From a virus (Duplodnaviria > Caudoviricetes): DNA of 38,831 nt. The notes beneath the pieces are model-generated. The model saw only the letters and a program-made list of their open reading frames with translations, did no database searches and was not told the DNA's origin. The stretch lies in IMG/VR virus record IMGVR_UViG_3300049844_000167, positions 1 to 38,831 of that record, one strand, 5' to 3'. Of this stretch, positions 34,385 through 38,831 are shown piece after piece (position 1 is the first letter of the stretch; every line of letters starts with the position of its first letter). Position numbers and translations under genes: made by a program.

Positions 34385-35890
34385 TCAGTTCAAGGTTAAA
34401 AGCGGCAGCGACAAGTCGCATCCGGTGAAAGTTTCTGCGGCGACGGAAGGCCCGTCCCAAACGGACGGATCGACCCACGTTGGGTCTTCGAGACAAAGGC
34501 GGTAGAGGTTCTCCATTGCGTGGTCGTTAGCATCCTTTGGCTTGTTCTCACGTTCATCCCAACAATAGTGGGTGAATTCAAACAACGTCTCTTCGAGCAG
34601 GGGAGAAACGTAAAGGCGATCCTTCTGCTTGAGTTCGGACTTTACCCGAAGGATACCGTGCTCGCGTGCCTTGGACGCTTTGGAGAAATACAGACCGCTT
34701 TTCGCAAGCTCGTCGATCATCGAGGTTCCCGTGATAGGATGTTCAATGAAAGCTAGAGGGTCTGCTATGGAAAGGATGGGCCGACGTCCCCGGAGCTTTC
34801 CCTTGATCTTGACTGCGAGGTCATCAATCGTACAGTGAACGAAAAGCTCGTCCCAGAGAAAGAGTTGTCCGGTTGGCGCGGCTGCAAGAAAGAGTACGTG
34901 GTGCGGAGTCTGCGGGTGGGGGTCGAGGGCTATGTAGATCGAGTAGGACGAAGGAGGTTCGTCGTAGGCAGACCAGCCGAGAGGCAGATCGGACAAGACG
35001 TGACGATTCCAGTCGAACTCTTTGTAAACGAGACCTGAGAGTTCGAGCGGAAGACCGAGAAGCCGGCATTGTTTTTCTTCGGCGGTCAACGTTGATTCGA
35101 AGTCCGCGATGGATTCGTCGGAGAGGGTCACGTTGTCGTAGGTTGTGGATCGTTGCATCCACTTGTTGCCGGATTCGTAGACACGGTCGGAGCCGGGTTC
35201 TTGCCGCCGTGAAGAACCGTAAAACTTGTCGTGAATCCACGGCTCTTTGAGAAGGGTGGCCGTGAACCAGTCTTTCCCGTCGCGGTCGATAAGACCGCGC
35301 GAGTGAGCCTTGAACATCTGTTCGGGACACGGCTCATCGACGTGGATTGCGTCCCAATCAGAGGACTCAGAACCCATCGGATTGACGGTCCAGGCTTTGA
35401 CAGTGTCAAAGCGGAGAACAGAACCGTTGACGCATTCGACAGTTTCAATGGCTCCGGAGTGGTTGCGTTTCTTGCTTTTAACGAAGCCACGTGGCAGAAA
35501 CTGCCAGATCTTCCCAGGCACACCGCGCTCGGAAGTAAAGATTTCGTCGACCTTGTCCCAATCTTGTGCGATGACGAGAAGCTTCACGGGATGTGAGGGG
35601 ATGCCAAGACGTCGAGCGGGGTCGGTGGCGGGGTACCAAACACGCTCCCCCATCAGCCACGCGCAGTCTTCGGCCACACCGCCGGTGGACTTGCCCGACC
35701 GATTCCCAGCTTCCCAGAGTCGGTGCTTGAAAGCTCCGGCCCGGTGGAAGTTGTCCTGCGGCGAAAAGCCGTTTTTGACGTAGGGCCGGTAGAAAAGAAG
35801 ACCATACTCTTTCGCCAAAGACCCTCGACGGGACAGAAGCTCCTTTTTCCGTTGAAGGAGGAGCTTCTTATTTTCGAGGTCTGTTTGCAT
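34385..35890 (-). CDS. terL: Terminase large subunit
   Basis: Walker A AGNRSGKS, Walker B IHVDEP, coupling motif TAT, nuclease IALDPH and KDANDHAM. Confidence 0.92.
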   Translation of the reverse strand: MQTDLENKKLLLQRKKELLSRRGSLAKEYGLLFYRPYVKNGFSPQDNFHRAGAFKHRLWEAGNRSGKSTGGVAEDCAWLMGERVWYPATDPARRLGIPSHPVKLLVIAQDWDKVDEIFTSERGVPGKIWQFLPRGFVKSKKRNHSGAIETVECVNGSVLRFDTVKAWTVNPMGSESSDWDAIHVDEPCPEQMFKAHSRGLIDRDGKDWFTATLLKEPWIHDKFYGSSRRQEPGSDRVYESGNKWMQRSTTYDNVTLSDESIADFESTLTAEEKQCRLLGLPLELSGLVYKEFDWNRHVLSDLPLGWSAYDEPPSSYSIYIALDPHPQTPHHVLFLAAAPTGQLFLWDELFVHCTIDDLAVKIKGKLRGRRPILSIADPLAFIEHPITGTSMIDELAKSGLYFSKASKAREHGILRVKSELKQKDRLYVSPLLEETLFEFTHYCWDERENKPKDANDHAMENLYRLCLEDPTWVDPSVWDGPSVAAETFTGCDLSLPLLTLN

Positions 35891-35902
35891 GATACAAAAA
35901 GA

Positions 35903-36571
35903 CTATGAACAGGCTTGCTGGAGTTCGGAGTCGATCTCCGCCAGCTCGCGGTCGATGGCCGCAACAGCTTCGGACGTGTCGGCGGGGGATCGTTTTTCCT
36001 CGATGATCTTCACGGCAGGTTTGCCGAGATAACGATCGAGGAGACTGTCAGCGGCGGTGCGACGCACCGCAGGAGGATTCGCGACGTTGTCGCGAAGGTC
36101 AATCAACGTGAGGACAGAGTCCAACGCCGCGCCTTCGATGGTGGAACGAAGTTCGTCGATCCCTGCGGAGCGTTGTTCCGCGACTAGTCTCGCACGAAAC
36201 CACGGCTGCCGGACGAGCTGAGAAACCCACGGAGCCGTATAGCCCAACGCCCTCGCAATTTCATTATTCGATGCGCCACGGGCTTTCATATAAACCGCGA
36301 GACGATGCTCCGGTTTTTCGTGCGCGATGGCAAGGTTCGGGTCGCGGTCGTTGAACAGACGATCCGGGTCTTCGGCGTAGGACTCCGCGACGGGATGGTC
36401 GGAGAGATCGCTGTTGACGTAGGCCTGCGTCTGTGTAACACTCGGCGGAAGGCCAACTCTCGCCCTTCGACGACCTTCCATGAGAAGCTCACGATGCTCC
36501 GAGCTTCCCTTTGTGAGAACCGTCCTCTCGCCCGAAAGGGGCGCGACGACTACTTCAACGTCGGCTGACAT
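35903..36571 (-). CDS. terS: Terminase small subunit (HTH-containing)
   Basis: GASNNEIARALGYTAPWVSQ HTH, VRRTAADSLLDRYLGKP motif; directly upstream of terL. Confidence 0.7.
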   Translation of the reverse strand: MSADVEVVVAPLSGERTVLTKGSSEHRELLMEGRRRARVGLPPSVTQTQAYVNSDLSDHPVAESYAEDPDRLFNDRDPNLAIAHEKPEHRLAVYMKARGASNNEIARALGYTAPWVSQLVRQPWFRARLVAEQRSAGIDELRSTIEGAALDSVLTLIDLRDNVANPPAVRRTAADSLLDRYLGKPAVKIIEEKRSPADTSEAVAAIDRELAEIDSELQQACS

Positions 36572-36763
36572 GGCTTGATAACAACCCGTTTGCGGGAGGA
36601 ACGAACGGCGACAACCGCCGCCTTTCCCGTGGTGCTCTTTTGACTCTGTTTCTTATCTGATTCCACGCTATCAGCCTAGCCGCGCAAGGCGCGGAAGGCA
36701 ACCTCAATCTTAAGATTCTTTTGTAGCTCTAAGACCCCGTTTCTTCGATGCTAAGACTGGCTT

Positions 36764-36823
36764 TGCTCCATTGTTCAATGCTCCATTGTTCAATGCTCAA
36801 TCCCTCAATGCTCTAATGCTCAG
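36764..36823. repeat. Degenerate 15-bp tandem repeat
   Basis: TGCTCCATTGTTCAA x2, then TGCTCAATCCCTCAA, TGCTCTAA, TGCTCAG. Confidence 0.85.
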
Positions 36824-37082
36824 ATTTCTTTCGCTCACCAAGCAAATATATCTTACGGCGCACGCCTTCCAAGGGAAAGGATACCCCCTTTAGGATACGT
36901 CAGAATTGAGAAAGGTGTTTATAGCAGAAACGAGAGAAACGTCTTAGGTTTGCCGTTACCGTTTCTCGGGAATGACATAGGCGAAAAAGCGATTCTAGGC
37001 GGGCGGGAAAGAGTAGGAAGGGAAAGAGGGTAGCGCGATTGCTTCCCTTGGGATTCCCTTTCGTTTGATAACAGAAAGACTA

Positions 37083-37589
37083 ATGATGAAAAAACTGATG
37101 GAATATATCGGTGATCTCACCAAGGCTGGCGACGCGAGGCACGCCAACAGCGCGTATACAGTGGTAGCGGACCTTGACAAGCTTCCGAAAGAACTTGTCG
37201 AGCCTTTGTTGGCGCTTGGCACGCTTCGGGCGTTACAGTCGCACGGTGTTAGCTCTGACGCTGACAAGGCGTCAGGCTTCCCGAATGGTAAAGGCGCCTG
37301 CGCAACAGAAGCGCAAGTTGCAGCTTGGCTCAGTGCGGTTAAAGAGGCTATGCCACCCGGCATCACGGTGACAGCGAGCGTGGACGCCAAATCAACGGAA
37401 GCGAGACAGGCCACCGCGAAAGCTGTGGAAGCCGGCAAGTCTGAGGCTGTTGCCTTGGCAAAAGCTGCAGCGAGGGCGGGGCTGCTGGTGGCCATGGCAG
37501 GGCAACCGTTGCCTGTCGTTGTGGCAGCGCTGGCGGGTGCGGGGTGCGATCCTTTGACGCCCCAAGAAATGGAAAGCTGGGGCACCTAG
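37083..37589 (+). CDS. Ala-rich hypothetical early protein (about 168 aa)
   Basis: Stand-alone ORF with ACAGAAAG leader, followed by a terminator on the + strand. Confidence 0.7.
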   Translation: MMKKLMEYIGDLTKAGDARHANSAYTVVADLDKLPKELVEPLLALGTLRALQSHGVSSDADKASGFPNGKGACATEAQVAAWLSAVKEAMPPGITVTASVDAKSTEARQATAKAVEAGKSEAVALAKAAARAGLLVAMAGQPLPVVVAALAGAGCDPLTPQEMESWGT

Positions 37590-37606
37590 AACACTTGCGA
37601 CGGATT

Positions 37607-37636
37607 GAGGGTAGCGGGAAACCGCTACCCTCTTTT
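37607..37636 (+). terminator. Rho-independent terminator
   Basis: GAGGGTAGCGG-GAAA-CCGCTACCCTC-TTTT; perfect 11-bp stem with a GNRA loop. Confidence 0.8.
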
Positions 37637-37717
37637 CCGGTTTAGTCTTTTCTAAGAGAGGCTAAACCGGAGAGGTCAATCAATCAATGGGGGAAAGAGC
37701 AATAAGCTTTCCTGCTA

Positions 37718-37952
37718 TGCTCCGTCAATCAATCAATCGGTCAATCATAGCTGATTCTTGAATCATCTATCTTAAGAGCATAAAGGGAAAGAGAGAAAAG
37801 GAAAAGAGCATAGGGGGATAGAGCATATGTCTTTCCCTCATATGTCTTTTTTTTTTTTTTCTAAAAGGTAGGGGTACGATATTCCCCTTCCCTTTTCTCT
37901 CTCCATCATCGCCCAAGAAGCCTGATAGACTGACCGATTGATTGACAGAGCA
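37718..37952. repeat. Nested imperfect inverted repeats around a T14 tract (origin- or terminus-like locus)
   Basis: TGCTCCGTCAATCAATCAATCGGTCA (37718-37743) vs TGACCGATTGATTGACAGAGCA (37931-37952); GAGAGAAAAGG (37791-37801) vs CCTTTTCTCTC (37891-37901); T14 at 37847-37860. Confidence 0.75.
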
Positions 37953-38048
37953 TTGCGGGAATAGCCCAGCATTACACCACAACAATTTCCCGTTGACATG
38001 GGGGTTAACGGGAGAGACAGAAGAATAACAACAGAAAGTGAGAAGAAG

Positions 38049-38258
38049 ATGAGACTTGTTACAAAACGAACGCAGGTGATTCAAATGAGCCACGAGGAAG
38101 TGCAAGAGTTTCACAAACTCATGGAACAGGCGGCTGAGGGGCGCATGAGCCACACGGCCGAGACGCGGTTGAAGAACGGGAGCTATCTGGCCGTGAGCAT
38201 CGTGGACGAACACGAACAAGAACGTCAGGCTAAGGAGGCTCGCCATGAGCGTCGTTGA
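38049..38258 (+). CDS. Small hypothetical early protein (69 aa)
   Basis: ATG 38049 after a purine-rich leader. Confidence 0.6.
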   Translation: MRLVTKRTQVIQMSHEEVQEFHKLMEQAAEGRMSHTAETRLKNGSYLAVSIVDEHEQERQAKEARHERR

Positions 38259-38433
38259 TATGAGGAGGAACACGGCTCTCAGAATCCTCGCATTAGGAGG
38301 AGGGCGAGTGATTCCTGTTTGGTGTCCTTGGCTTTGCCGAGCACACATGCTGCCAACAGGCACGTCGTTAGTGAGCCCCTCGGGGGTTTATTACATGGTC
38401 ACGTCTGCAGGTTCACTACGAGCCTGCCAATAA
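38245..38433 (+). CDS. Small hypothetical early protein (62 aa)
   Basis: Strong SD TAAGGAGG upstream of ATG 38245. Confidence 0.6.
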   Translation: MSVVDMRRNTALRILALGGGRVIPVWCPWLCRAHMLPTGTSLVSPSGVYYMVTSAGSLRACQ

Positions 38434-38513
38434 CATTCATACACAGGGGCTGGTTCGCCAGCCCCTGTAATGAGTGGTGTTGATAGGAAGGCTCCACGCC
38501 TTCCGCACCATTC
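38431..38513 (+). ncRNA. Candidate structured intergenic RNA element
   Basis: ACAGGGGCTGG-TTCG-CCAGCCCCTGT hairpin, plus a GGAAGGC-TCCAC-GCCTTCC hairpin enclosed by GAGTGGTG/CACCATTC. Confidence 0.4.
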
Positions 38514-38529
38514 TCGTTAGAGGTTAGAA

Positions 38530-38715
38530 ATGAAGACAATCAATCGCAGTAAACATGAAATGGTTGTGGACTTCGCAAAGTCCAACAACCTCAACATCAA
38601 TCTCGGCCCCGGGACGCAGGAGGTTTACATCCGTACCATGGAGGAAGCTCCTGCCACCACAGCCTACGCGCTCGCAAAAGCGACGGAGCAGAGAAACAAA
38701 GTCATCGGGAAGTAG
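38530..38715 (+). CDS. Small hypothetical early protein (61 aa)
   Basis: SD AGAGGT upstream; C-ending codon usage like the replication genes. Confidence 0.65.
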   Translation: MKTINRSKHEMVVDFAKSNNLNINLGPGTQEVYIRTMEEAPATTAYALAKATEQRNKVIGK

Positions 38716-38716
38716 T

Positions 38717-38831
38717 ATGAAACGAATCCATATTAAAGTCTATAACACGCGCGGCTACGGTGATCCTGTTGGATTGGCCACCACCCGCCACGGCTTGCTC
38801 AGCCTCGTTGGAAAGGCGTTCAAACAAAGTC
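38717..38831 (+). CDS. Small hypothetical protein running off the window end (43 aa if the sequence is circular, stop at 15-17)
   Basis: ATG 1 nt after the previous stop; MKRIHIKVYNTRGYGDPVGL..., continues RWSRA* across the junction. Confidence 0.5.
   Translation, partial: MKRIHIKVYNTRGYGDPVGLATTRHGLLSLVGKAFKQS

Larger units (their letters stand above)
1..38831. mobile_element. Near-complete or complete dsDNA tailed bacteriophage genome, podovirus-like, apparently lytic
   Basis: Terminase, portal, scaffold, major capsid, endolysin, DNA polymerase, ligase and helicase are all present in two divergent arms; no host genes or integrase; the terminal ORF reads sensibly across the end/start junction. 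Confidence 0.93.

Noticed and set aside
36764-36823. Mini-CRISPR array to go with the Cas4-like gene
   Set aside because: Repeats are 15 bp, directly abutting, with no spacers
36995-37585. 196-aa minus-strand ORF
   Set aside because: Mirror of the + strand gene, which has the leader and an oriented terminator
37993-38026. Sigma70 promoter at TTGACA
   Set aside because: No credible -10 hexamer at 16-18 bp spacing; retained only as part of a hairpin
37767-38363. 198-aa minus-strand ORF
   Set aside because: Crosses the low-complexity repeat locus and is antisense to two SD-supported small genes
38431-38513. tRNA or hammerhead ribozyme
   Set aside because: No cloverleaf with T/D loops and no CUGAUGA/GAAA core
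1-38831. Stop-codon reassignment, introns/inteins, DGR, integrase or prophage boundaries
   Set aside because: Genes tile densely in the standard code; core genes are uninterrupted; no reverse transcriptase, intein termini, recombinase or host genes were seen

Overview
The window looks like an essentially complete, probably circularly permuted ~38.8 kb tailed-phage genome with podovirus-like organisation. No tape measure, sheath, integrase, repressor, RNA polymerase, tRNA or CRISPR array was recognised. The + strand (~37.1 kb wrapping to 10.4 kb) carries early and replication genes: a Cas4-like exonuclease, Sak4-like ATPase, DUF669-like SSB, DUF932 protein, ParB-DNA methyltransferase fusion, UDG-fused family A DNA polymerase, DUF6378 protein, ATP-dependent ligase and DUF3987-like helicase. 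The - strand (36.6 kb down to 10.3 kb) carries TerS, TerL, fibre/decoration genes, a lysis cassette, portal, scaffold, an SU10/DUF5309-type major capsid, adaptor, tail proteins and a 3287-aa ejection-type protein with two zincin motifs. The two arms diverge from a repeat- and hairpin-rich control region at 36.6-38.5 kb. The most unusual signal is the replication system. No primase is recognisable, and the PolA has a heavily rewired nucleotide-binding pocket (steric gate E>D, His at the 762 position, loss of the H734 and R754 equivalents), a Cys-rich thumb insertion, and a UDG domain whose catalytic His is Arg. It sits beside a nested inverted-repeat origin-like locus. All family assignments come from motif recognition by eye, not database searches.
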